Source of the DNA: a virus
Virus record (IMG/VR): IMGVR_UViG_3300028556_000001
Span: 9,227 to 73,226 of that record
DNA: 64,000 nt
Strand: one strand, 5' to 3'
Both the position numbers and the translations under genes were made by a program. Positions 46,645-57,595 of this stretch are shown here, piece after piece. Numbering within the stretch: position 1 is the stretch's first letter; the number at the start of each line of letters is the position of its first letter. A model generated the notes under the pieces. That model made no database searches, was not told the DNA's origin, and worked only from the letters and a program-made list of their open reading frames with translations.

Positions 46645-47091
46645 ATGAATAAGCAAACCTCGAAAGTGTATCAACAATTCCGCTCTGCGGGATTTACCGC
46701 CAAGGATTCACTGTCCAACGCCAAAACCCTGATTGACTTCCAGCAAGCGGAGTCGGCGGGATTGGTTCGCATCATTGCGGAGCCGGAGCAGGAAAGTTAT
46801 TTTGCTGTGTTTGGCGAACCAGAAGGCTACGAAGGCCGAAACGGAAAGCGGGTGAGTGCAGAGCAGGAACGCAAGGAACTAGAGGCGCAACTGGATGACC
46901 TCGGTTGCTGGTGCGTGCAGGCCGAGGTCAAGGATGCACAAGGCGAATGGCAGCAAGTGGAATCGGTGGGAATGTGCTCGGGATACCAAGACCCATGCTC
47001 ACCCTTTGAAAACTGCTACGCCATTGGCTTCATGCGCGTGGCCCTTAATCATATTCCCCAAGACGGCCAACATGATGATGTTGCCGCGTAA
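46645..47091 (+). CDS. Hypothetical early protein
   Basis: Upstream TTGACA, AAAGGA SD, downstream hairpin AACCCTCC/GGAGGGTT. Confidence 0.75.
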   Translation: MNKQTSKVYQQFRSAGFTAKDSLSNAKTLIDFQQAESAGLVRIIAEPEQESYFAVFGEPEGYEGRNGKRVSAEQERKELEAQLDDLGCWCVQAEVKDAQGEWQQVESVGMCSGYQDPCSPFENCYAIGFMRVALNHIPQDGQHDDVAA

Positions 47092-47634
47092 CCCACCGCC
47101 CAATCCCAACACCTTCAACCCTCCCTCCTTAACAGGTCGGAGGGTTTGCTGTTTCTGGAGGCTGGGGGTTCAGGATGAACGCCAGCACGCCCTAGAGCCT
47201 GCCGAGAACGGGCGCAGAGAGGCCGGGGCAAGCCGAGGGCATGGAGCGTAACAGGCAGGCCGGGAAGAGCCCGAGAAGCCGACAAAGAATGCGTGAGACC
47301 CACAAGCAATAGAAAGGAGAGAACCAAGGGACAGGCCAGAGAGCCAACGGCGTCTGTGCCTGTGGGGCTGGAACATGGGCTTGGGGCTGGGAGGGTTTGG
47401 AGGCTCAGGCCCAGAGGACACACAGAGGGAGGCTGGGGGCAGGCCGGGTGGGGATTGTTAGCTAGTTGTTAGGATGTTGTTAGGATGCTAACATCTTTTG
47501 GTGGGCTGGAAACCAGACTGCAAAGCAGACGAGTTGCACTTACATTGCATTTGCATTGCAGTTTGTGGCAGGCGGGATTTGGGCTGGGCTGGAAAATTGT
47601 TGACTCTAACGTTAAAACGTTTAAACCATCAAAA

Positions 47635-47931
47635 ATGGCCTTTCGTCGGTCAACGGTCGCCCAAATCCCTCGCATGAAGCTTGCAGTTGACCTGCCTGCT
47701 CCAGTGTTTGAGGCTCTGCGTAGCTGGTGCGCCTCGCAAGACAGGCCGTTGAGCATGAGGGAGGGCATCTGCGTGTGCATTGAAGGACTTGTCGGCAAGG
47801 TCAAGCTTGTAGAGCCTGAAATTAAGTTCAAACCTGTGGTGGTCAGCAACTTAGTGGCTGCATCAACGCAAGCCGTAAAACCCCAAACCGACGAGTTTGA
47901 CCAGAGAACGATTGTGCCAGACGCGCAATAA
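47635..47931 (+). CDS. RHH-like small protein within the low-coding region
   Basis: MKLAVDLPAPVFEALRSWCASQDRPLSMREGICVCIEGLV. Confidence 0.5.
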   Translation: MAFRRSTVAQIPRMKLAVDLPAPVFEALRSWCASQDRPLSMREGICVCIEGLVGKVKLVEPEIKFKPVVVSNLVAASTQAVKPQTDEFDQRTIVPDAQ

Positions 47932-48268
47932 TGGCCCTAGGAGCCATCCTGATTGTGGGGTCTGATAGAGGAGATAGGCTGAATCGCTGACGCTGCACAG
48001 AGGCAAAGGGAATGAGGTTGGCGTGGATTTAGGACGGTCGGGAGAACCCGGTTTGCCCATCCTTTCCTGCCCATCCCTGAAAGACTAGACATAATAATTA
48101 CTGTGCGTGCATGTTGAACGTGGCTTAATACCGTTAGGCTCTCCCTGTGAACAACCTGTCAGCAACCCGAACAACCCCGCCCCCAGCCCAGCACCTCCAG
48201 ACCCCACCACCCCACCCCCACCACCACCCCGGTCTGACCCCTCCCGGTCAAAGGAATGCACCCCATCT

Positions 48269-48467
48269 TTCTTACGCACCCCCGATACTAAAAATTCAGG
48301 AACACTGCTCGGAGCACCACCACCGGGGTAGGGGGATTCTTACCTTACCCTATCTGGGTCTTTCTTACGCACAGCCACCACTAATTTTTCCACCACTGCC
48401 TCCCTCTCGCCCCACTACCCAGTATGGCACCTTTCCATCTCCACCCACGCTGTTCATTCTTACGCAC
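48269..48467 (+). repeat. Three 11-bp direct repeats TTCTTACGCAC
   Basis: Copies start at 48269, 48362 and 48457 (spacing 93 and 95 bp). Confidence 0.85.
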
Positions 48468-48742
48468 ACCCGGCATTGATTTTTGTGATTTTCCTCAACG
48501 GTAGTCGCCCCCCAGCCCAGTTCGGCTTGGCCCACTTCCCCCGCTTCAAGTCGCCCTACCCCCTTGGCCTGCTTAAACCAGTCCATGCGGTTCAGTCCGC
48601 CCTACCACCCCCCTTACCCATTTTGTTCTCCACCCCCCACTCCGGTCTTTATTGGGCCACCCGCCTTTTATTTTTCGGCCCCTCAGTCACTCTCTTGCCC
48701 CTGCTTTACATCAGAGGATTACGGGCGGTCGGGGGCGGTCGG

Positions 48743-49703
48743 TTACGGCTTGTCCTTCTCCAGTAGCCGTGCGTAGTCTTCCCATGTCTTCAGCGGGGCT
48801 TCCGGCTGGAGTTGTTCGTTGTAGGTCTCGACGTAGGCGTCCCACTCCTGCCGGGAGTTGCAGATTCGCGGGAAGGACTCAATGAACTCCACGACGACGA
48901 AGGGTTGGGACTCGCGCTCGCCGGGCGCATCCATCTGCTCCATGCGGTAGAAGACGGTTACGCCGGGGCCGTGGGCGAAGTATTTTTCGCGGGTCATAGG
49001 GGATAGACAACTTTGGCGGGTTGCAGTGTTTTCATTTCGTCGTTTATGGCTTTATATTCGGCGTCGTCTGCCGGGCAGATAAGCGTGTCTGGGTATTTTG
49101 TGAACAGGGTATTGAACCAGTCAATCCATGCGGCGTCGCAGGCCGACCTTTGCTCATCGGTGGGCCTGCCTTTCCTGCAAATTTCACGGTAATCCAATTC
49201 AAATTGATGCACGCACATGCAGAATTTCCACCTCCGCAAGTCGTTGTAGGGCGTCGCCTCCAGCAAATTCCACATCTCCTGCGTGGTTTTTACGTTCATG
49301 GTGGCGGCTCCTGCATCTTGGCCTTCCATTCCTGCATCTCGACCGCGTAGGTTTCATTCAGCCAGTCCTGAAAGGAGACTCCGATGGGCACGACCGCGAG
49401 CGATACCTGCTGCTGATACTCGTCGGACTTGTCCTTGAACCACGCCTCCATCGGAGCCTTCCAAGAAGGCCAGATGGCCTGCCTGTCGGCGTTCCTGACG
49501 ACGTAGCGGTGGAGCGGGTCAACCCCCAGAATCTCCTTGGCCGCTTGAACCGCCAGCTTCAGCGTGGCGTGTGTGGATGCCTCGCGCTCGACCAGTATCT
49601 TGCCGAGCTCGGGGTGCTCCATCATCTCCTCACGCATGACGGAGAAGCAGGGGAAGGCCAGTGTTTGTGGAGAGTCTGAATCCATCTCTTTATCCTCCAT
49701 CAT
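48743..49703 (-). other. Three coupled hypothetical genes (48743-48997, 48994-49299, 49296-49703)
   Basis: ATGA overlaps. Confidence 0.65.
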
Positions 49704-49760
49704 CCCCTTCTATTTGTCAAACCGGGTTGCGTTTTTTCTGGAGGTGGATAAGTTGCTAAA

Positions 49761-49994
49761 ATGGAGAACAAGGAGCTGGAGGAACTGGTCAAAAAGCGCA
49801 TCAACGAACTAGGGGAGCACTGGGACGCAATTCAGTTCATGGCCACCCGCTTGGGCAAGAACGGCGAGACTGAGGATATGTTCTGGGGCGTCGGCAACCA
49901 ATATGCCAGAGAGGGCTTAATAATGGAATTGGTCAAGCGCGACTGGGCCGAGGAAGCGGCTCACTGGATAAAAAAGAAACAGGATGCCGAATGA
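49761..49994 (+). CDS. Hypothetical protein
   Basis: LGEHWDAIQFMATR...GVGNQYAREG; coupled to the HNH gene. Confidence 0.65.
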   Translation: MENKELEELVKKRINELGEHWDAIQFMATRLGKNGETEDMFWGVGNQYAREGLIMELVKRDWAEEAAHWIKKKQDAE

Positions 49995-50293
49995 AACGCA
50001 GCCCACTCAAAAGAACCACAGGACTCCGCCGCTCCTCGCGCCTCAATCGCGTGTCGCCCAAGCGCAGGAAGCAACTGGCCGACTATACAAAACTCCGGCG
50101 GGAATTTCTGGAGACGCACATGCGCTGTATGGTGGGTGACTGCACGAACTTAGCCGAGGAAATCCATCACATGGGGTATCGCAATGGAGCCCGATTAAAC
50201 GACGTTTCCAAATTCCTCGCCACCTGCAAGCAGCACCACAACGCGATTCACCGAAACCCGGCATGGGCACGCTCACACGGGTTTCTCGTCTAG
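49991..50293 (+). CDS. HNH endonuclease-like protein
   Basis: MKRSPLKR N-terminus, CMVGDC, EIHH, LATCKQHHNAIH. Confidence 0.8.
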   Translation: MKRSPLKRTTGLRRSSRLNRVSPKRRKQLADYTKLRREFLETHMRCMVGDCTNLAEEIHHMGYRNGARLNDVSKFLATCKQHHNAIHRNPAWARSHGFLV

Positions 50294-52029
50294 CCCCTGC
50301 TCTTTCGCCATCTCCTCAAGCTGCTTCTCGACCGCCTCATCATTCTGGTGAATCCAAGCGTGTAACTCCGGCTTGTGCTGCTCAATCCACGCATCGAACG
50401 CCAACATCCCCGACTCCCGCGTCTCCAGCGCCTTTGACTTGTATTGGTAGAGAAAGGTGTCCCACGCCTCGATAAACTGCCGCTCCATTGCCTTCGTGTC
50501 CTCCGGCCAGACCACCATGCGGCCATCCCTGTCCGCTATCGTCAGGACATACCGCTTGGCCGGGTCTTCCCGGCTGGCGTTCTGACACCAGCGGATTGTG
50601 TCCTCCAGCGAGTCGGTGCAGGCCCGGCGGTTGAACTTCATCCGCAGGCCGAGGATGTTTTCGTCGCAGACTACTTCGTCCACGATGAGGAACGGGAAGG
50701 GCGGTGTCATTTAAAAACCGATTGTAGTTGAGTATTAAGCCATCCCCTAAACGTAGACATCCAGCGCGGCCCCCAATACCAGCGCGAACGGCCAAGTGCA
50801 TAGGCCGTGTACCAAATCATCTCTCGTGTTATCTGTTCGTTAAATTCGAACTTCTCGCAGGCTTTAATTGTTTCTTTGTAATTCATTGGGATTTCTGTTT
50901 TCGTTTCAGTTGGCGACGAAGGGATTTGAGTTCGGCTTGCAGGCGCATGGCCTCGTAGAATGCCGAGGGCGCAGAGATTGACGCTCTGCGTAAATTTACA
51001 TCAGCCTCTTCCTGATAGAATCGGGAGGTGTGAATTAGGGCTTTGGTTTTCCGGGTTGCGCTCACGGCTTGGCCTCCAAGTAGAAATACCATTCATCCAC
51101 CAGCTTGCCGCTCTCGTCAACCACTTCCTTGCGCTGGTATTTATGGTGGCTGATGGACACGCCGTTGACAACCACGGGCGTCCAATGCTGGTGCGCGGGC
51201 ATGACGGTCAAGGTCTGGCCTGCCAGCGGCCCACCGATGAAGCGCACCGGCCTTTCGACCAAGTAGAAAGCCGGGTCTGTGACGTTGGCTAGGAGTGTTG
51301 CGGTCATGCGTATGGGCCTTCTATTACCAGCGTAAAATTACAAAAATAACCATCTGGACTTGTTCCGTTTGGAAAAATAGAATGCAGACGCTCGCCATAT
51401 TCTTTGATGTTCTGATTTATGGCTTTAGCAAGGTTGGAATCATAATTTTCACCCAAGTATCGCTCCACTGTAATTGTTGCGATTCTATATTTTGGAGATT
51501 TCATTTTCCGCCCTCCAGTATCTCCCGATAGCCGTCCCACGACAGCAAGCCAACCTCATGTTCCATGACCAGATTTTCCACCAGCCGCCATGCGTCCCAT
51601 GCTCGCGGGAAGGTAAAGGTCTTTTCATCGCAGATGATGGCTTCAATCACGGTCTTTCGGGGTTCGCGGTGAAATAGAATCTCCACGCCGGGGCCGTGCG
51701 GAAAGGACAAAGATTCAGGATTGGGAGGCATTGGCAAAGTTTCTCGGAATCAAGGTGCGGGTTATTGGCTGGCCGGAATGACTGGCATAGGGGTCATTTC
51801 GGGAAATCGCGCCAATGGTTTCGGGAATATCAAATTGTGGCATTTCCGCCCAATGAGTTACTTTTGAATTTGTATATTTGGACATTTCTGCGAGTTTTCC
51901 GGTCGCGGTAAAGTGGCCGGGCAATCCCGGCTCAACATGGCCGAGACACTGTAAACAAAACACCAAATTCTTGTCAGGGTCTGGCTCGCGGCCACAATCA
52001 ATCTCATGCCAATCTAAGTTATCTTCCAT
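50273..52029 (-). other. Cluster of small hypothetical genes (50273-50710, 50883-~51065, 51062-51307, 51304-~51504, 51501-~51731, 51715-52029)
   Basis: Coupled short ORFs; last one has a DUF551-like VTHWAEMP. Confidence 0.55.
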
Positions 52030-52106
52030 GCTCGCCACCCTACCACATCTTCGGACTTCCGCAAGTCAGGCTCGACTTTTTCCTCCAACCAGCCATTCTC
52101 CGGGGT

Positions 52107-52559
52107 ATGTCCAGTGAGTTAGCCCAGCCGCCAGCCATCCCCGCCACCCTCGAAATTCACGGAACCATCGTCAGGACTCTGGCAGGAAAGGCCGTTTCCG
52201 TGCCCGCAGAGGGGTCTTCGACGGAAATGGCTATCCGGGCATCGGGACACTCCCTCCTGTCGCTCCTAGACCAAGTGGAAGCCCATTACGCCGATGCCTT
52301 GGAGCACTGGGGGGGCGACCTCAAGGACTACCCACTGTCGTCCAAAGCCATTCGTGACCTTGCCGCCGCCAAAGTGGAGGTTATCAACGCCCTGAAGGAC
52401 ACCGGCACCCCGGCCAAGAAGCCGCCCGGCAAATCCCCGCAGAACATGGTGCAACTCGCCCAGAGCCGGACAACCACCTTGGACGAGGATGGGAAGGTCA
52501 AAACCCAAGTTGAGGAGCGCACCGTCACCGGCCCGGCGGAGAAGGTCATGCCACAATAG
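52107..52559 (+). CDS. Probable terminase small subunit
   Basis: Helical 150-aa protein ending 2 nt before the large terminase. Confidence 0.6.
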   Translation: MSSELAQPPAIPATLEIHGTIVRTLAGKAVSVPAEGSSTEMAIRASGHSLLSLLDQVEAHYADALEHWGGDLKDYPLSSKAIRDLAAAKVEVINALKDTGTPAKKPPGKSPQNMVQLAQSRTTTLDEDGKVKTQVEERTVTGPAEKVMPQ

Positions 52560-52561
52560 CG

Positions 52562-54568
52562 ATGTATCCCTACCAGAAATATGACAAGGTTCACGAAATC
52601 ATCGTCAACCTAGAGAACCCCGACCGCTGGATGGAGGCCGGGAATTACATTCTGGTCAACTTGTGTGGGCAACCCCCACTCGCCCAGAATGAGCAGGATG
52701 GCAAGGAGGCCTGTAACGCGCACTTCTTTTCCCTCTTGGACAACGACAACTACCTCATGGCTGCGGTCATGGCGTGGGGGCTGGATGGGTTCGACCCAAG
52801 GCCCAAGTGTGTGCGGCGGATTTTTAAGGCCATTAAGGACGAAAACAAGCTGATGCTGCAAGGAGCTTCGAGTCTCAGTAAAACATTCAGTGCATCCGTT
52901 TGGATTCTCCTGGACTGGTGCCGCGACCCGGAACACACCGCCGTCCGCTTGGCGAGTATGTCCGAGATGCATTTGAAGAACAATCTCTTCTCCTCCATTA
53001 TTCGTCTGTGGCGAAGCTCGGCCATTAAGTTGCCGGGTCAGGCTTCTGCCGCGCTCTTTCTCGGCCTTGACCCCAACTCGGGAAACTCCTGTATTCGCGG
53101 CATCACCTTCCCGAAGGACGACAACATCACTGGGCGATTCCTGTCCTTCAAGTTCTACAATCGGACGCCCGTTCACCCGGTATTCGGCAAGACTTCCCGT
53201 CTGCGAATCTTTCTGGATGAGTTCAATAAAATTTCCCCCGGCGTTATCCGTGACTTAAACTCGGTCGTGGCCTCCATGTTCGACAAGGAGCACATTAAAA
53301 TCATCACTGCCTACAATCCCGCCGACACCTCGCACGCGAGCTATCAACTGGCGGAGCCGGAAGTGGGTTGGGGCGGTGTTGACCCGGACAAGGACTGGCG
53401 GTGGAAGTCCAAGAGAGGAGGCTGGCAGATAGAGCGGCTGGACGGAATGCAGTGCGAGAACGTTATTGAAAACAAAGTCCTCTACCCCGGCTTCTTGACC
53501 AAGGAAGCCTACGACGGGTATCAGACGCACGGGGACAATTCCGCCGACTACTGGACATACGGACGGGGCTGGTTCCCCATGACCGGGGCGCACAACACCA
53601 TCATCAACCTGCACTCCCTGAACGTCGCCAAGCGTATTCCGATTTACCTCAAGAACGTGACGGAAATGGCGTCCGTTGACACGGCCATGATAAATGACAA
53701 GACGTGGTTCACGAAATATCGTTACGGTCAGGCGATAGGCTGGATAAAACAGAACGGGGAGAAAGAGTATTTTGGCGGCGACATCAACAAGCAGGAGATT
53801 CGCTGGATTGTTTATCTGGACGATTGGGCCATAATCCCCGGCGCAAAGGATGAATGGGAACTCGCCGGAGCCATCGCCGAAACGTGTAAATCCCATAACG
53901 TCGCCCCCAAGTGGACAGCCGTGGATGCGACAGGGGCCGGACATGCCATCAAGAACGCGCTATTGCGTATCTTTGGGGACGTATTTGGCGTGAACTGGGT
54001 GGAAGGCTGTTCGGACAAGAAGATGGTTTTGGAGGACACGGAAGGGCCGGAGGGCAACTACTCCACGGTCAACTGCGAGATGTGGTTTACTTTCAAACGC
54101 TGGATTGAGGGCGGCATTATCTTCATCAACCCCAAACTCGATACCGAGAAGCTATTTGACCAGCTTACGACGAGGCGGCAACGGGCCAACAAAGTTAGCG
54201 CAGGCAAAGTGCAGGTGGAATCAAAGGCCGAGTGGCGCAGTCGGGCCGGACATGGAGAGTCGCCGGACGCTGCCGATTCCGCAATCCAAATCACGCAGCT
54301 TATCCGTCACCGCCATGAAATTATCCCCTCCATCGGCAAAGCTGCCGTGGATGCCAAAGCCGCCACCGCGTCAGGCCGCACCGTCTGGGATGAATGGAGA
54401 GAGAGGTTTAAACCAACGGAAACCGAGAACTGGAAAAAACATGGCGTGGAGGACAACCAGCCGGACGACCCGGAAAACGACGTGCAGAACGAGTCGTGGT
54501 CTATCGAACAGGAGTTGGGGGGTTCGTCACCAGCCGACGAAGAGGAGGAGGTTTTCCCAACATGGTAA
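52562..54568 (+). CDS. terL: Terminase large subunit
   Basis: Walker A variant QGASSLSKT, Walker B RIFLDE, TAYNP, YGRGWF, nuclease motifs ASVDTA, AVDATGAG, SPDAADS. Confidence 0.88.
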   Translation: MYPYQKYDKVHEIIVNLENPDRWMEAGNYILVNLCGQPPLAQNEQDGKEACNAHFFSLLDNDNYLMAAVMAWGLDGFDPRPKCVRRIFKAIKDENKLMLQGASSLSKTFSASVWILLDWCRDPEHTAVRLASMSEMHLKNNLFSSIIRLWRSSAIKLPGQASAALFLGLDPNSGNSCIRGITFPKDDNITGRFLSFKFYNRTPVHPVFGKTSRLRIFLDEFNKISPGVIRDLNSVVASMFDKEHIKIITAYNPADTSHASYQLAEPEVGWGGVDPDKDWRWKSKRGGWQIERLDGMQCENVIENKVLYPGFLTKEAYDGYQTHGDNSADYWTYGRGWFPMTGAHNTIINLHSLNVAKRIPIYLKNVTEMASVDTAMINDKTWFTKYRYGQAIGWIKQNGEKEYFGGDINKQEIRWIVYLDDWAIIPGAKDEWELAGAIAETCKSHNVAPKWTAVDATGAGHAIKNALLRIFGDVFGVNWVEGCSDKKMVLEDTEGPEGNYSTVNCEMWFTFKRWIEGGIIFINPKLDTEKLFDQLTTRRQRANKVSAGKVQVESKAEWRSRAGHGESPDAADSAIQITQLIRHRHEIIPSIGKAAVDAKAATASGRTVWDEWRERFKPTETENWKKHGVEDNQPDDPENDVQNESWSIEQELGGSSPADEEEEVFPTW

Positions 54569-56308
54569 GGAGAATCAAACGCCAGAACGTGCTCCTCCCG
54601 CGCCAGAAGTGGAAGGTCAGAGTTGACGGCGTGGAATACGAGGATTGGGACATCGAGGCCATCGTGGAGCGCGTGACGGCCTTTCGGGTGGCCAACCGGG
54701 AGTCCGCTGACGACGTTGCCGACGAAGTGGAGCGTCAGTTGTGCGAGCAGTATCCCATGTATGCCGAGGAATTAGAGCAGCCGGTTCCTGTGGTCAAGGG
54801 CGACAAGTCGGTGAAGGACTGGCTCAAGGACTGGAACAAGACGAATCGCGGCAGCATTCCCGCCGACCTGAAACAAAATTTAACGCCCAGTTGAAATTAC
54901 AGAGAAGTGTGGTAAGGTCAGCGCATGAGCATGGAAGAAACCCTCGACGAAAACACCGGGCTGCGCCAAGAGAACGAAGCCCTGACGCAAAAGGTGCGCG
55001 ACCTCGAAACTGACTTGGCCGGGTCGGTCGTGGAAATCAACGACCTGACGACCAAACTGGAATCGCAGCAAAAGGTCATTGACGACCTCCGCGCACTCTT
55101 CACGCAGGCCACCAACACGGCCCAAGCCCAGATTTCACACCTCATGGAGATTGCCGCCTGTGCCGCCCAAGCCCAAAAGGAGGCGCAGAAAAACTAATGG
55201 ACAAGCAGGCATGGGTCTGGGAGGTGTTCAAACAAAACGAGGTCGAATACGTCTCCAGCGATAATCTCTACCTGTGTCACGTTACCGGCCTGTCCGCCGC
55301 CTGCGTCTGGGATGCCTCGCGCCACAAGGCCATCCACAAGCTCTACGTCATGCTCCACCAACTTTCCCACCAACTCGAATTACTGCCCGACCCCAAGACC
55401 CTGCATGAGAACGTGGCACGATAACTTTCTGACCTATGAAGGCTGCTTTTTGTGGACGGCATGGGACGAAACCCAGTCCGTGATTCTCGGACAACGATTC
55501 TTCAAATGGCGGGCCAAGCTCCTGTTGGATAAATACTCCGAAACCCTGAATTTCCGATGAAACCCCAGCTCAAAAACGCCTACAAATGCGAGATGGTGAG
55601 CGCGGATTGTCCGGCAGCACTCCGGCATGAGAGGAAGTTTCTCTACACGCCGGAATGCGCGTTCTCCGCCGCCGATGCCATGCAGCGGGCGTTACAATTC
55701 AACCCCGGAAGTATTATTCTCAAAGCGTGGAGAGGGATGCTGGGAAACTCCGGCGAGGTTGTAAAGGTCGGCGTGGACGAAAAAACCAAAAAGGATGTTT
55801 ACGGCTATGTCGGTGGGTGGATGGAATACGAAGTGCCCAAGCATGAGCCATATGTTAAGCCAGCCAAACCCGCTCCTCAGACGCCGCATCCCGACTTTCC
55901 TTTCGACTTTGACTCCATGAAAAAACCCGCAAAAGAGGAGAACCAGCACCTATGAGTGAACCAGACTTCAAGGAAATTTCCGACAAGCTAACCCAAAGTG
56001 TTTACCGCGCTTTGCAGGAGGTCTATTCAGACGGCATTACTGAGGGTGAACGCCGCAAGGATGAAGATATCCGTGCGTTGGATGCCGAAGAAAGGGAGGA
56101 AATAATCTCGGAATGCTATGGCGCATTCGGGCGCGTGTGGGAGAAGCTGCGTGGAGGTAAAATCAATTCCGGGGGACTTGGACACCCCAACGACTACTCC
56201 GCCTCTTTCACGCACAAGGGCAAGACCTACACCGGAGTCGGCTCAACCCCCATCGAAGCCGCCATGACCTGTGAGCAAAACTTCTGGCTGGCCCAACCCA
56301 AGATTTGA
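54562..56308 (+). other. Six small hypothetical genes (54562-54894, 54925-55197 coiled coil, 55197-55424, 55405-55560, 55557-55955, 55952-56308)
   Basis: Overlapping start/stop codons on one strand. Confidence 0.65.
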
Positions 56309-56566
56309 GCTTGATTACCACACTACTTTTCACAGTATAGCCACAAACGGAGTGAAGACCGTTTAAGGACAGTAGATGGCGAACCCAACAACTTTGGGGC
56401 CGCTCGCACACACCCTGCTGTCCGGGGTCTTCACTTCTCATCGTGCGAGTTGGCCCCTTTTTTGTGCCATGATTACTCGACTTGAAATCAAACTCCTTGC
56501 CCTATTGGAGAGAGGGTTAGTTGAACTGACATTCCGCGTGCTGCAAAGACGCTCGAAATTGGAAAG

Positions 56567-57595
56567 GTGGGCAAAGTGAAGCACGGCAATCCTTATCCGC
56601 CAATCGAAGAAATAGAGGCCCAACGAGGAACACAGCGTTGCGAGGTCTTACGGGAAGGCCAGATTACTGACCGCATAGTTGGGATAACCTTCGAGACCAT
56701 GGAAAGAGTGCAAAGGCTTGCAGGAGAAGACAATGACATAGGTGACGCCTTGGCTTTGTATTTATTTTACACGCACGTCACAAGGGTTCGATTCAACACC
56801 GAAATAAGGTGCAACTCGAAATACATAACAAAAGGGCTTGGGTGGTCTAAAGAAAGAATAAGAAAAACCAAGAAATTCCTGATTAGCATAGGTTTAGTTG
56901 AGGATTTTGATATTCGAGGGAAAGACGGCCAAATAGATGTCCACATGGTAAAAGTGAGGTATGCTGTAGTAGTCAAAAGCCATGTGATGGAAAACCAGCC
57001 GCTGGATAACCAGCAGGTGGGAAAACCAGCGGCTGGTTTTCCGCCCCTGAATACTGCAATACCTACTACAAACAATGCAGTACCTCCTAACAAACAGGGA
57101 AGTACCTACGAACAAACCAATGCAGTACGGGGAGCGACGGGTAGTTTGGGCGTGGATAATGAGGCTCAAAATCCACCTCAAGCACCAAGCCCACAGAAAG
57201 CCGCCAAATCCCCGACAAAACGCGCCCCATTTATTCCGCCGGATTGGAAACAGGTGGCGGCGTATTGCCGGGAGATGAAATACTGGCAGGTCAATCCCGA
57301 CCATTTCATCAAGTATTACGCGCCCCGGAATTGGACTGACCGCGCCGGAGCACCGGTCGTGAGTTGGAAGCTCAAGCTCAAGACGTGGCAGGAGCAGTCC
57401 CTCGCTAAGAAGGAAGACCCGTGGTGGTATGGCATGAGCATCACTTATGCCTGCCCGCAGCCCCGCGACCAAAGCGACCTCAACTGGAATGCCATGGACT
57501 ACCAAGCTTGGGATTTTTGGAAGCGGGAGCATTACCGGGAGAAGGAAGAACGCGGTGAACCCGTCAACTGGAATTGGGTGGAGGCACGGTTTTGA
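56567..57595 (+). CDS. Replication initiator / replisome-organiser-like protein
   Basis: N-terminal HTH (LGWSKERIRKTKKFLISIGLV), AT-rich middle, C-terminal FIPPDWKQVAAYC...FIKYY...W..SWKLKLKTW; directly before primase-helicase. Confidence 0.7.
   Translation: MGKVKHGNPYPPIEEIEAQRGTQRCEVLREGQITDRIVGITFETMERVQRLAGEDNDIGDALALYLFYTHVTRVRFNTEIRCNSKYITKGLGWSKERIRKTKKFLISIGLVEDFDIRGKDGQIDVHMVKVRYAVVVKSHVMENQPLDNQQVGKPAAGFPPLNTAIPTTNNAVPPNKQGSTYEQTNAVRGATGSLGVDNEAQNPPQAPSPQKAAKSPTKRAPFIPPDWKQVAAYCREMKYWQVNPDHFIKYYAPRNWTDRAGAPVVSWKLKLKTWQEQSLAKKEDPWWYGMSITYACPQPRDQSDLNWNAMDYQAWDFWKREHYREKEERGEPVNWNWVEARF

Noticed and set aside
48269-48467. CRISPR array
   Set aside because: Repeats are only 11 bp with 82-84 bp gaps, and there is no cas operon
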